From the NCBI GenBank assembly GCA_964520495.1, contig CAZFMZ010000001.1, positions 216,734 through 280,733 of the forward strand: DNA of 64,000 nt, read 5' to 3'. The notes beneath the pieces were generated by a model that made no database searches, had not been told where the DNA came from, and saw nothing but the letters and a program-made list of their open reading frames with translations. The stretch comes from an uncultured Candidatus Saccharibacteria bacterium (GTDB taxonomy: Bacteria; Patescibacteriota; Saccharimonadia; Saccharimonadales; Saccharimonadaceae). Positions 47,884 through 57,429 of this stretch are shown here, piece after piece. Both the position numbers and the translations under genes were made by a program. Within the stretch, counting starts at the first letter, position 1, and every line of letters starts with the position of its first letter.

Positions 47884-47912
47884 ATTGTACTCCGCTCATT
47901 AGGTTACGGCAA
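47884..47912 (-). promoter_or_regulatory. Promoter TTGCCG-17-TACAAT, with the ATG 6 nt downstream
   Basis: It was read on the minus strand. Confidence 0.45.
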
Positions 47913-47918
47913 GTGAAA

Positions 47919-47963
47919 GGCTCCATACTGACGCGCGGTGATGAGGCGCGTCAGTATGGAGCC
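47919..47963 (-). terminator. Perfect 18-bp hairpin terminator
   Basis: The stem ggctccatactgacgcgc/gcgcgtcagtatggagcc has a 9-nt loop. Confidence 0.7.
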
Positions 47964-47984
47964 GGACGGGACGGAACTCGCGAC

Positions 47985-48158
47985 CTACTGGTCGGGTCCG
48001 CAGTCGTGCGTGAGGGAGTCTCTGAGTGGGACGGTCAGTCCCTCCTGCTGCTCGCCGAAGGCGATGCCGCTGAGCTCCATCCGCCTGGTGGTGGGGGCCG
48101 GCTGTTGAGTGAACGTTGCCGGGTGCCCTTCTCCGTAAGCCATTTCCGAAGCGGCCAT
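47985..48158 (-). CDS. 57-aa hypothetical small protein
   Basis: My translation is MAASEMAYGEGHPATFTQQPAPTTRRMELSGIAFGEQQEGLTVPLRDSLTHDCGPDQ. The SD sequence AAAGGAG lies 6 nt upstream. It is below the track's size cutoff. Confidence 0.45.
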   Translation of the reverse strand: MAASEMAYGEGHPATFTQQPAPTTRRMELSGIAFGEQQEGLTVPLRDSLTHDCGPDQ

Positions 48159-48214
48159 CAGCCACTCCTTTCTGCAGAGGAGGATATGGCGACCGGATGA
48201 GTCGTCATAATTAT

Positions 48215-48243
48215 ATTATACTGCTTCTACTTAAATTTGTCAA
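48215..48243 (-). promoter_or_regulatory. Perfect consensus sigma70 promoter TTGACA-17-TATAAT
   Basis: Both hexamers match the consensus exactly and the spacer is 17 nt. Confidence 0.65.
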
Positions 48244-48245
48244 GC

Positions 48246-48269
48246 TAAAAGACGCCCTCTCAGGCGTCT
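48246..48269 (-). terminator. Intrinsic terminator overlapping the rsmD stop
   Basis: The stem gacgcc/ggcgtc is followed by TTTT on the minus strand. Confidence 0.55.
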
Positions 48270-48802
48270 CGGCGGTAAAAGGTGAGGTAGAGATTTCCAT
48301 AACTACGATTGTCCACCACAACAACTCCGGTCTTGGAAGGAACCTCACCCTTACCTGGATGAGATAATACCATAAGCGCTCCAGGTTTGAGTAGTCCAAA
48401 AAGGCGTTCTACTGTGGAAAACTGTGGATCATGATAAGGCGGGTCGGCAAAGATGAGATCGAATGAAGGTTCGTCGGCGGTCGCGAGCCAGTTACTGACC
48501 GATGTAGCGATGACCTTTCCGGCAGTATCAGCAGCGAGCAGCTGCAGGTTATTGCGGATTATCTTGGCTGCGATGCGGTCTTTCTCGATAAAGACGCAGT
48601 CGGTCGCTCCCCGGCTTAACGCTTCGATACCGATGCTGCCCGACCCGGCGAACGCATCAAGGACATGCGCGTCCTGCACGTTCGCTCCGATGACGTTGAA
48701 CAGGGCGTTCCGCGCCCGCTCGCTCATGGCATGGGTCGACGTCCGGCCAGGCGCATCAAGCTTCCTTCCCCCATACTTGCCGGCGATGACACGTACGTTC
48801 AC
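48260..48802 (-). CDS. rsmD: 16S rRNA (guanine966-N2)-methyltransferase
   Basis: The protein contains VRVIAGKYGGRKL, LDAFAGSGSIGIEALSRGA and DLIFADPPY. GTG 48802 (GTGA overlap, SD sequence GAGGA) is preferred. The ORF extends to 48838. Confidence 0.85.
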   Translation of the reverse strand: MNVRVIAGKYGGRKLDAPGRTSTHAMSERARNALFNVIGANVQDAHVLDAFAGSGSIGIEALSRGATDCVFIEKDRIAAKIIRNNLQLLAADTAGKVIATSVSNWLATADEPSFDLIFADPPYHDPQFSTVERLFGLLKPGALMVLSHPGKGEVPSKTGVVVVDNRSYGNLYLTFYRRDA

Positions 48803-49614
48803 GCCTGGTCCTCGAGCTCCAGAATGGCGGTCATCCACCCCAGCATGACCATACGGATAATCTCAGGCACCAGTACGTTCTTCGTCTCGCCGGCCAGATG
48901 CCTGGTCCAGCCTTTGAGGGCGAACTCTTCATACATCTCCATGTCAGCCACCCGTTGAACCGAAGCCTTGAACATAGCATCGAATCCGTCGCGTTTGAGC
49001 TCACTTTGGAGTTCCTGAGTGAAGCTGAGCGTATCGAATTTCATCGTCGAGATTGCCGTCATGATGCCAAGTTCGAAATGCAGATGCGTTGTCATCACGC
49101 CTTTGGCACCCCAAAACTCCCAGTTGTTCTTCAGCATCTGGCGCTTCGTCTCACCAGGTATGATAATCTTTTTACGCTTGGTATTGCGGGTTTCCAGTCC
49201 TTCGCCGCCTCTGAGTTCAGCCAATTTCTCCTCAAGCGGATAGTGGTGGGCCGGCGTCAGACCGTCCGTGATGGCATGGGCCAGCCAGGCGGCTTCGAAG
49301 GCGGCTCGCTGACGGTTCCCGTCCTTCACTGCCTGAGCCAGGTTATGGATATGATCATGGATGATGGCGAGGAGCGGCGCACCATGCAACTCGTCGACAT
49401 CGAGGTAGTGCCATGGTTCGTCCTTGCCCGGGCTTTTACGCTTGATGCCGTCAGGTCCGTTCAGGCCTTCGAAATGCAGGATCTCACGGATGGTAGGAAA
49501 CTGCTTTGGCAGCGTGACATGCCGGGCCAGGTGCCGTCGGGCGACACGGTCGATTTTCTGATGCACGCCCATGACACGGCCGGATTTGGTATTGAAGGTT
49601 GTTCCAGAGTACAT
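48799..49614 (-). CDS. His-rich protein, possibly of the zinc-dependent phospholipase C / P1-nuclease-like superfamily
   Basis: The motifs GVHQKIDRVARRHL, PWHYLD and AAWLAHAITDGLTPAHH resemble the PLC pattern LG..LHYL.D...P.H. The functional call is tentative. Confidence 0.45.
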   Translation of the reverse strand: MYSGTTFNTKSGRVMGVHQKIDRVARRHLARHVTLPKQFPTIREILHFEGLNGPDGIKRKSPGKDEPWHYLDVDELHGAPLLAIIHDHIHNLAQAVKDGNRQRAAFEAAWLAHAITDGLTPAHHYPLEEKLAELRGGEGLETRNTKRKKIIIPGETKRQMLKNNWEFWGAKGVMTTHLHFELGIMTAISTMKFDTLSFTQELQSELKRDGFDAMFKASVQRVADMEMYEEFALKGWTRHLAGETKNVLVPEIIRMVMLGWMTAILELEDQA

Positions 49615-49615
49615 A

Positions 49616-51649
49616 TCAGTTCAACGTCGTCAGGCGCTGGTAGTGTTCCACCCGGGCCGATAACTGTTTGTATTGTAGCAAATCGGCGCCGGAATCGACG
49701 AAGGCTTCGGCCGCTTGCTGCACCCGTTGTATGAGCTTCGTATCGCCAAGATTGGCAATCTGCAGGTTGAGCGCGCCGTGCTGGGCTCGTCCATAAATCT
49801 CACCCGGACCGCGTAGACGAAGATCGACTTCCGCCAAATAGAATCCGTCGTTGGATTTTTCAATCTCTCGTAAGCGTTGTGACGGTTGCTTGGTGTCGCT
49901 CGTTAGCAGGTAGCAGAAGCTTTGATGTTCGGCCCGACCGACCCGCCCCCGTAACTGATGGAGCTGGCTGAGACCGTACTGATCGGCATCTTCGATCATC
50001 ATGACGGTGGCGTTTGGCACGTCGACACCGACTTCGACCACGGTGGTCGCAACGAGGATATCGAGCTCTCCGGCCGCGAAGCGACGCATGATGGCCTCTT
50101 TCTCCTCAGGTTTCATACGACCATGGAGTAGACCGATGCGGCGATGCCCAAAGACGGAATTCTGCAGTTTTCTATATTCGGTCTCGACACTCTTGGCTTC
50201 GTTCGCCGGGTTGTCATCGATGACGCGGCAAATGACATACGCCTGCCGGCCCGCAGCCAGTTGTTCGTCTATTGCGCGGTAGACCGTCTTACGGCTCACG
50301 GGAGAGACGATCTTAGTGATAATCGGCTTACGGTCCTTCGGTTTCTGGTTAATAATTGACACACTCAGCTCCCCGTACACCGTCAAGGCCAGGCTGCGTG
50401 GAATCGGGGTCGCCGTCATGGCCAGCAAGTGCGGCATATGTGCCGACTTTTTCAGCAGCTCCTGACGCTGATTGACCCCGAACCGATGCTGTTCATCGAT
50501 GACGACCAGGCCGAGCCGGCGAAACTGGACGGCCGGCTCTAGCAAGGCGTGCGTGCCGACCAACACGTCGACCTCGCCTGCTTTAAGCTTGGCGAGGAGC
50601 GGCTGCCGGGCTTTCGCCGTCACGCTGCCGGTCAGCACGGCGACGGTCACGCCAAACGGTTCCAGTAGGCGAGCCACGCTCTCAGCGTGTTGCATCGCCA
50701 GGATCTCGGTCGGCGCGAGGAGCGCGGTCTGAAATCCGTGTGAGGCCGCTTGTCGGGCGGCAATGCCAGCCACGACCGTCTTACCTGCCCCGACATCCCC
50801 TTGCAGCAAACGGTTCATTGGCACCGGCTGTTGCAGATCCTGCAGTATCTCCCAGGCAGCCTGTCGCTGGGCCGGCGTCAGGTCGAACGGCAACTGCGTC
50901 ACGAAGTCTTTGACGACTAGCTGCTCAAATGGAATCGCCCAGCCTTCGAGTTTGGCATTCTCACGCTTATTCAGGGCGGCGGCGAGCAGAAGTTCGAACA
51001 ACTCTTCGAATGCCAGCCGTTCCTTTGCCCGACGTACGTCTTCAACCCGTTCAGGAAAATGCATTGAAAGCAGGGCCTCGGACAATGACAACAGATTGTG
51101 AGTACGGATGATGCCAGACGGAAGCGTATCGGGCAGCATCGTGATGAACGGTCGTAGCTCCATCAGTATCTTACGGACCAACTGACTTTTTAAGCCCTTA
51201 ATCGCAGGGTAGACGGGCAGTAGCCGGTCGGTCTGCACCGGCATATCGCTTACCTTCTCAGCGCTTGGGTTGGTCAGTTGGTATTTGTTATAGGAAAACT
51301 CGAACTCACCGGAAAAGAAAAATTCCTGGCTGGAATCTTTCAACTGCGTAGCTCGGTAGGCCTGATTGAACCAGACGGCCTGCAACTTACCCGAATCGTC
51401 AGTGAGCGTGGCGGTCGTCACCTTCATGCCACGACGTACCATACGGGTCGATACGCGCTCGCAACGGGCCTTGATCGTCCGCTTACCCGGGGTAATGTCG
51501 GCGATAGTCGTGACCTCGGAATAGTCTTCGTGCCGCTTCGGCAAGAAGCGCACCAGATCCCCCACTGACACCAGCCCACTCAAACGGAATTGTTCGGCCG
51601 TCTTATCGCCCACACCTTTGAGCGCGCTAAGGGGTGTAGTCAGGTTCAT
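49616..51649 (-). CDS. recG: ATP-dependent DNA helicase RecG
   Basis: It has the wedge domain plus the helicase motifs GDVGAGKTVVA, DEQHRFGV and QLRGRVGR. Confidence 0.95.
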   Translation of the reverse strand: MNLTTPLSALKGVGDKTAEQFRLSGLVSVGDLVRFLPKRHEDYSEVTTIADITPGKRTIKARCERVSTRMVRRGMKVTTATLTDDSGKLQAVWFNQAYRATQLKDSSQEFFFSGEFEFSYNKYQLTNPSAEKVSDMPVQTDRLLPVYPAIKGLKSQLVRKILMELRPFITMLPDTLPSGIIRTHNLLSLSEALLSMHFPERVEDVRRAKERLAFEELFELLLAAALNKRENAKLEGWAIPFEQLVVKDFVTQLPFDLTPAQRQAAWEILQDLQQPVPMNRLLQGDVGAGKTVVAGIAARQAASHGFQTALLAPTEILAMQHAESVARLLEPFGVTVAVLTGSVTAKARQPLLAKLKAGEVDVLVGTHALLEPAVQFRRLGLVVIDEQHRFGVNQRQELLKKSAHMPHLLAMTATPIPRSLALTVYGELSVSIINQKPKDRKPIITKIVSPVSRKTVYRAIDEQLAAGRQAYVICRVIDDNPANEAKSVETEYRKLQNSVFGHRRIGLLHGRMKPEEKEAIMRRFAAGELDILVATTVVEVGVDVPNATVMMIEDADQYGLSQLHQLRGRVGRAEHQSFCYLLTSDTKQPSQRLREIEKSNDGFYLAEVDLRLRGPGEIYGRAQHGALNLQIANLGDTKLIQRVQQAAEAFVDSGADLLQYKQLSARVEHYQRLTTLN

Positions 51650-53421
51650 CCCTCGAGCAAAATACCTTCCAATTCGCGTGAAAGAGATTCAAGCATATCA
51701 TTGACCGCCCCTAGTTGCTGGCGGATGCCAGACGGATCGGCGTCGGCTGTTTGATGCCACTGCACATAGAGCTTCAGTTTCGGTTCGGTGCCGCTTGGTC
51801 GGATAGTAATACGACGCCGTTCATCACCGAACTCAAGGACTACCACGTTGCCCTTCACTTTGCAGGCGAGGTCAGATTGCTCACCGGTAGCCAGGTCGGT
51901 TTTCTTGCCCGACTGGTAATCCGCCACCGCGGTCACCTGGTGATGTGCGACTGTCTGCGGCGTTGTAGACCGCAGCTTCGCCATAATGGCCTGCATCTGC
52001 TCGAAACCTTTCGCACCCGGACAGACAATCGTATCAAGCCGTTCAGTATACAAGCCGTGCTCTGCGTAGAGCTCGAGCAGGCGGTCGAACAGCGTCTTGC
52101 CGTCCCGCTTCAGTTCGGCGGCATATTCGGCTAGGACCAAGGCACCGACGGCACCGTCTTTATCACGGGCATAGTCACCCTTAAGCAACCCATAGCTCTC
52201 TTCGCCGCCGATGACGAAAATCTCGTCGGTCGCTTCTTTCTGCAGTAAAAGCTCGCCTATATATTTGAACCCGATCAGCATATCGCCATACAACGTCACG
52301 CCATAATGATCGGCCAGAGCGGTCATCATATCAGTGGTGACGATAGTCTTGGCGATATAATGCTTCGGCGTCAGCGTACCAGCTTCCTGCAGCTTGCGAA
52401 GTGCGAACTCGGTCGCCAGAACGGCCGTCTGGTTACCCGATAGGTAGATCGGCTGATCGCCTTCGCGCACCGTGACGCCGATGCGGTCGGCGTCAGGGTC
52501 GTTGGTGATGGCGATGTCGGCATCTTCGGCCAGCATCTGTGCCACGGCCCGGTCGTTGGCCGCCTTCTCCTCTGGGTTAGGCTTGCCATTCTCGACGGTA
52601 GGGAAATTGCCATCCGGCACCATTTGATCCTTCACTGTGCTGATGGAAAAACCGGCGGTTTCAAGCGCCTTCAGGGTATTGGTCTGACCGGCACCATGTA
52701 GCGGTGAATAGACGATCGCCAGCTCACGCGCGTCACTTACGGCCTGCCCGACGACGGCAGCGATATACGCCTCGTCGACCTCCTGTCCGATCATCACAAT
52801 ATGTCCGTCGCGCTGGGCGGCAGCGAATTCACGTGTCTTGATCATCTCGACCTGCGTGGTCAAGTTGATGATTCCCTTGTCGTGCGGAGGTACCAGCTGA
52901 CCTCCGTCGGCAAGATAGGCCTTGAAGCCGTTGTCGGCCGGTGGGTTATGGCTAGCGCTTATGACAATGCCCGCCGCGGCCTGGAGGTGGCGCACGGCGA
53001 AACTAAGCTCTGGCGTAGCGCGGAAGCCATCGAAAAGATAGGCCTTTACCCCGTTACCGGCGCAGACCTCGGCGGCGTACCGACTGAACTCGTCTGACGA
53101 TAGGCGCGTATCACAGGCGATGACGATACCCTTGGTGGTGGCAGCAGGATCAAGACCGACGACATACTCACACAATGCCTGGGTTGCCTCGCCGATAGTA
53201 ACTTTCGAGATCCGGTTCGTACCGATGCCGGTGGTACCGCGGATACCACCCGTACCGAACTCGATCACCTTGAAGAACGCGTCTTCAAGCTCCGTCCAGC
53301 GACCAGCGGTAATCATCGCCTCTAACTCAGCTCGGTAGGCGGCATACTTATCGTGCGTCAGCCACCGTTCGATGTTCTCATATGCTTCATTGGAAACGTT
53401 CGCGCGTAACTCCTCGGTCAT
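51646..53421 (-). CDS. Alpha-D-phosphohexomutase (phosphoglucomutase/phosphomannomutase family)
   Basis: The active-site motif is SASHNPPADNGFK, and the metal loop is DPDADR. Confidence 0.9.
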   Translation of the reverse strand: MTEELRANVSNEAYENIERWLTHDKYAAYRAELEAMITAGRWTELEDAFFKVIEFGTGGIRGTTGIGTNRISKVTIGEATQALCEYVVGLDPAATTKGIVIACDTRLSSDEFSRYAAEVCAGNGVKAYLFDGFRATPELSFAVRHLQAAAGIVISASHNPPADNGFKAYLADGGQLVPPHDKGIINLTTQVEMIKTREFAAAQRDGHIVMIGQEVDEAYIAAVVGQAVSDARELAIVYSPLHGAGQTNTLKALETAGFSISTVKDQMVPDGNFPTVENGKPNPEEKAANDRAVAQMLAEDADIAITNDPDADRIGVTVREGDQPIYLSGNQTAVLATEFALRKLQEAGTLTPKHYIAKTIVTTDMMTALADHYGVTLYGDMLIGFKYIGELLLQKEATDEIFVIGGEESYGLLKGDYARDKDGAVGALVLAEYAAELKRDGKTLFDRLLELYAEHGLYTERLDTIVCPGAKGFEQMQAIMAKLRSTTPQTVAHHQVTAVADYQSGKKTDLATGEQSDLACKVKGNVVVLEFGDERRRITIRPSGTEPKLKLYVQWHQTADADPSGIRQQLGAVNDMLESLSRELEGILLEG

Positions 53422-53435
53422 CTTTCCTCCGTTCT

Positions 53436-53450
53436 ACTCATCACATGAGT
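53436..53450 (-). promoter_or_regulatory. Perfect 6-3-6 inverted repeat ACTCAT-nnn-ATGAGT at the predicted transcription start
   Basis: It lies between the -10 box and the SD sequence GGAGGAAAG of the mutase-recG operon. Confidence 0.3.
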
Positions 53451-53454
53451 TCTC

Positions 53455-53463
53455 ATTATAGCA
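53455..53463 (-). promoter_or_regulatory. Extended -10 promoter TGcTATAAT
   Basis: It was read on the minus strand, upstream of 53421. Confidence 0.45.
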
Positions 53464-53470
53464 AGCGTCG

Positions 53471-54679
53471 TTAGCGGACCAGGAGAAAGGCGTTCTTGCC
53501 TTTCTTAATAAGCGCCGGGGGGACGAGTTCCTGGTCTTGCGTGACTTTCTCGCCGTTGACGCTGATAGCGCCGCTGACGATAAGCCGACGAGCCTCGCCG
53601 TTGCTTGCCGCGACGCCGGATGCAGCCAAGGCTTCGACGAGTTGTGTCAGCCCGCTAGTGGGAATCTCACTTGCCAGCATGGCCAGTTCGTCATCGGTCA
53701 GCTCATGGACACCTCGGTTTCCGAACAACGTCGCCGTGATGTTACGCGCCGCGTCGGCACGGGCTTTACCGTGCACCAACTTGGTTACTTCATATGCCAG
53801 CGTTTTTTGTGCCGTCCGTTCCTGCGGCTGAGTGCGGGTAGCCTCTTCCAGAGCGTTAATCTCGGCGCGGTCGAGGAGGGTGTAGATCTTCAGATAGTCC
53901 GTGACGCCTTCATCATCCAGGTTCAGCCAGAACTGGTAAAACTGGTAGACACTGGTCTTGGCTTCGTCCAGCCAGACCGCACCACCCTCAGATTTTCCAA
54001 ATTTGACACCCGTCGCCTTGTTGACGATAAGCGGCGTACTATAGACATGCGCCTGGCCGCCCTCGAGTTTCCTGATCAGCTGGGCACCGGTAATGCTGTT
54101 ACCCCACTGGTCGGCACCACACAGTTGTAAGGTAGCCTGCTTTTCGCGGTAGAGGTGCAGGAAATCATAGCCCTGGATGAGCGAGTAGCTGAACTCGGCA
54201 TAACTTATGCCGGCTCCGCCGTCGCCGATGCGGCTCTGAACGAACTCTCGATCGAGCATCTGCGTCATCGACATATGCTTACCAATGTCACGCAGGAAAT
54301 CTAGGTAGTTGATGTCCTTGAACCATTGGTAGTTATCAACCACCTCGAACTCCTGACCTGCAAAGACGGTCTGGTATTGCCTAGCGATGGCTGCGGTATT
54401 CCTTTGCAACTCATCGAATGTCTTGAGTTCACGTTCCTGCTTCTTGCCGTCAGGGTCACCGATCATGCCGGTCGCACCCCCGACCAACAGGATAGCCTTA
54501 TGACCGTGGTCGATGAAGTGTCGGACCATCATGGCCGCCGCCAGATTGCCGATCGTCATACTGTCGGCCGAAGGATCAACACCGAAATAGAACGTCCGTG
54601 CCTCATTGATTTCTTCGAGGTTGTCGAACGTCATCTGGTTCACGAACCCGCGCCATTGCAGTTCATCGGCAAGCGCCAT
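53471..54679 (-). CDS. tyrS: Tyrosine--tRNA ligase
   Basis: The protein contains FYFGVDPSADSMTIGNL (HIGH region), KFGKS (KMSKS) and a C-terminal S4 domain. The start MALADELQW follows AAGGAG. Confidence 0.93.
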   Translation of the reverse strand: MALADELQWRGFVNQMTFDNLEEINEARTFYFGVDPSADSMTIGNLAAAMMVRHFIDHGHKAILLVGGATGMIGDPDGKKQERELKTFDELQRNTAAIARQYQTVFAGQEFEVVDNYQWFKDINYLDFLRDIGKHMSMTQMLDREFVQSRIGDGGAGISYAEFSYSLIQGYDFLHLYREKQATLQLCGADQWGNSITGAQLIRKLEGGQAHVYSTPLIVNKATGVKFGKSEGGAVWLDEAKTSVYQFYQFWLNLDDEGVTDYLKIYTLLDRAEINALEEATRTQPQERTAQKTLAYEVTKLVHGKARADAARNITATLFGNRGVHELTDDELAMLASEIPTSGLTQLVEALAASGVAASNGEARRLIVSGAISVNGEKVTQDQELVPPALIKKGKNAFLLVR

Positions 54680-54755
54680 GCTGGATACTCCTTGTCTACT
54701 ATCGGTTACTTGTGTATAAGTATACCGAAAATTCAAAGGTGCGGCCAAACATTAG

Positions 54756-54764
54756 TGGTATAAT
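54756..54764 (+). promoter_or_regulatory. Extended -10 promoter TGgTATAAT for the PBP gene
   Basis: It was read on the plus strand, about 40 nt upstream of GTG 54802. Confidence 0.4.
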
Positions 54765-54801
54765 GGAGCTAATCATTAACGTGAAGTGGAATATTTGATA
54801 A

Positions 54802-57429
54802 GTGGCTAAGAAATCCTCGCACCGACGCATGAACGTCTATTCGAACCTGTCGCATGCCCGTAAGACCCGCAAGGATCGCCGGTCACGTCAAAAGGCTGAG
54901 TATCTGGCCAGTCTCCCCAAACACCCTCTCAAACGCACGATCGCCCGCATGCACCCTAAGCGCATGGCCACCTTCTGGTTCAGTCGCCAAGGAGGTGTAA
55001 TGGCGCTGAAAGTATTCGGCGTCGCCGTGTTGCTCTCAGTGCTGTTCGCAGGCGGGCTGTTCGCCTACTACCGTAAGGACATCGATCAAATCCGTCCGTC
55101 TGAGCTCGCCAAGCGTGTTCAGACGACGGTCACCCGTTACTATGACCGTAACGACAAGCTGCTGTGGGAAGACAAGGGGGATGGTAACTACAAGTTAGTG
55201 GTGGCTGATGAGGACATCGCCAAATCCATGAAACAGGCGACGATTGCGATCGAGGACAAAGACTTCTACGCCCACCAAGGTGTCAGTCCGACCGCTCTGG
55301 TGCGGGCCGCTGTCAACAACTCACAAGGAGAGTCGACTCAGGGTGGCTCAACGCTGACGCAACAATTAGTAAAGCAGGTCTTCTTCGCCGATGAGGCGGC
55401 CGACCGGGGCTTCGGTGGCATCCCGCGCAAGATCAAGGAAGTTATCCTGGCTATCGAGGTCGAACGCATGTACGAAAAAGAGCAGATTCTGACGCTCTAC
55501 CTGAACGAATCACCCTATGGCGGACGACGTAATGGCGTCGAGTCGGCAGCTCAGACGTATTTCGGCACGACCGCCAAAGAACTGACAGTTTCTCAGTCAG
55601 CCCTTCTCGCCGCAATTCCTAACCAGCCAGGTCTGTATGACCCTTACAATACCGCAGGACATGAGGCGTTGATCAAGCGACAGCACCGCGTACTCGACAA
55701 TATGGTCAGCCAGCGCTTCATCACACAGAAGCAGGCTGATGCGGCCAAGAAGGAGCCAATCCTTGATACCATCAAACCGGAGTCGGCCCAATACAGGAAC
55801 CTGAAAGCCCCGCACTTCGTTCAGATGGTACGAAGTGAATTAGAGCGAAAACTCGGCAAGGCGACGGTGGGACGTGGCGGCCTGGTCGTGAAGACGACGA
55901 TTGATTTACGTATCCAGAATAAGCTACAGCAAGAAATGGATGAGATGTTCGGCTCATACTATCCTAGCTTTGCTGGTTTCAGTAATGGTGCCGGCACGAT
56001 AGAAGATGTGAAAACTGGACAGATTCTGGCCATGATCGGCAGTCGGGACTTCAATCATCCAGGCTTCGGTCAGGACAACGCCGCCGCCGCGTTCATCCAA
56101 CCCGGCTCTTCTATCAAGCCATTGGTGTACGCCCAGCTGTTCCAGGATAAAGGCGAAGACGCCCAGAACTTCGGTAGCGGTTCAGTGTTGTCCGATGTGC
56201 CAGTCGACATATCTGGCTATAAACCGCAGAATGCTGACGGCAAGTTCCGTGGCAATATCAACCTTCGTCGCAGTTTAGCGCTCTCCCGTAACATACCGGC
56301 CATCAAGGCAATGCAGGTGAACGGCGTTGAACCGACCCTCAAGACGATCAGGGCGATGGGCAATAAGTTCTACTGTACCCAAGGCGCTGAGAAAGAAGCC
56401 GGATTATCGTCGGCCATCGGTGGTTGTGGTACTCGCATGATTGACCATGCCAATGCAATCGCCTCACTGGCCCGTGGCGGCGTCTATATGCCCACCAGCA
56501 CCGTATTGGAAGTGAAGAACAGTAGTGGTGATGTCCTTGAGGAGTATAAGAAAGAATCAAAACGCATCATCGACGCGCAGTCGGCCTATATCGTCACTGA
56601 CATCCTGGGTGATTCGAACGCCCGACTCGGCCTGTTCGGTCGTAGCATCACGCCAGAATCGGACGCTGCCGGTGTCAAGATCGCCGTTAAGACCGGCACC
56701 AGTGACAAGAACCGCCAACCGAAAGATATCTGGACCGTCGGCTATACGCCCTCACTTTCTGGGGCTGTCTGGCTCGGTAATCCAGACACGACCCCGTTAG
56801 TGAATGGTAACTCGTCTATTCCGGCCCAGGTGCTCGACCCGGTCATGGCGTACGCCAGCCAGATTTATCAGAAAGATGGGAAGGCCAAGACCTCCGATTG
56901 GTTCACGGCCCCCCGCGGCATTCAGACTATCAATGGTGAGCTGTTTCCCTCCTGGTACAATAAGGCGAAGTCTCAGACTGGCGTGAAGATGACATTCGAC
57001 AGGGTGTCACGTAAGATTGCAACCGACTGTACGCCTGGTCCTGCCCGCATCGAGCTGACCGTCATCAAGACGACGGATCCTATCACTAAGAACGCCGTCT
57101 ACCTGGCACCTGACGGCTACGACGCGTCACAGGAAGACGACGTACATAGCTGTAACGATGCTAAGCCGCGGATCCTCGGCATCACCATCGACGGTAACAC
57201 CATCAGTGTCCGTGTCTCGAAGGGCACGCACGCCCTTGAATCGCTCAACATCAACGTGGGAAGTGAGAACGTTGCAACCCTCAATGTCAGCGGCAGTGGC
57301 ACGTACACCACTAGCTATAATTTCAAAGATGACGCGACGGTGTCCGCGACTCTCCAGGATACCGCGTTTTACACGGCGAGCGCCAGTGAGCCCTACAAGG
57401 ACTCTGGCAAAAAGAACGACGACGATTAA
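54802..57429 (+). CDS. Class A penicillin-binding protein (glycosyltransferase plus transpeptidase)
   Basis: The GT51 motifs are AIEDKDFYAHQGVS and GGSTLTQQLVK. The transpeptidase motifs are SSIKP and KTGT. Confidence 0.93.
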   Translation: MAKKSSHRRMNVYSNLSHARKTRKDRRSRQKAEYLASLPKHPLKRTIARMHPKRMATFWFSRQGGVMALKVFGVAVLLSVLFAGGLFAYYRKDIDQIRPSELAKRVQTTVTRYYDRNDKLLWEDKGDGNYKLVVADEDIAKSMKQATIAIEDKDFYAHQGVSPTALVRAAVNNSQGESTQGGSTLTQQLVKQVFFADEAADRGFGGIPRKIKEVILAIEVERMYEKEQILTLYLNESPYGGRRNGVESAAQTYFGTTAKELTVSQSALLAAIPNQPGLYDPYNTAGHEALIKRQHRVLDNMVSQRFITQKQADAAKKEPILDTIKPESAQYRNLKAPHFVQMVRSELERKLGKATVGRGGLVVKTTIDLRIQNKLQQEMDEMFGSYYPSFAGFSNGAGTIEDVKTGQILAMIGSRDFNHPGFGQDNAAAAFIQPGSSIKPLVYAQLFQDKGEDAQNFGSGSVLSDVPVDISGYKPQNADGKFRGNINLRRSLALSRNIPAIKAMQVNGVEPTLKTIRAMGNKFYCTQGAEKEAGLSSAIGGCGTRMIDHANAIASLARGGVYMPTSTVLEVKNSSGDVLEEYKKESKRIIDAQSAYIVTDILGDSNARLGLFGRSITPESDAAGVKIAVKTGTSDKNRQPKDIWTVGYTPSLSGAVWLGNPDTTPLVNGNSSIPAQVLDPVMAYASQIYQKDGKAKTSDWFTAPRGIQTINGELFPSWYNKAKSQTGVKMTFDRVSRKIATDCTPGPARIELTVIKTTDPITKNAVYLAPDGYDASQEDDVHSCNDAKPRILGITIDGNTISVRVSKGTHALESLNINVGSENVATLNVSGSGTYTTSYNFKDDATVSATLQDTAFYTASASEPYKDSGKKNDDD

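Noticed and set aside
47817-48200. The 127-aa plus-strand ORF and the 88-aa minus-strand ORF (47899..48165) covering the small cassette.
   Set aside because: Both run straight through the 18-bp terminator hairpin and are Arg/Gly/His/Pro-rich. The 57-codon frame has the SD sequence at correct spacing and stops before the hairpin.
54680-54801. A possible T-box or other riboswitch leader upstream of tyrS (and hisS at 42982..43033).
   Set aside because: The untranslated regions are only about 10-50 nt. That is far too short for a T-box, and no specifier or terminator architecture is visible.
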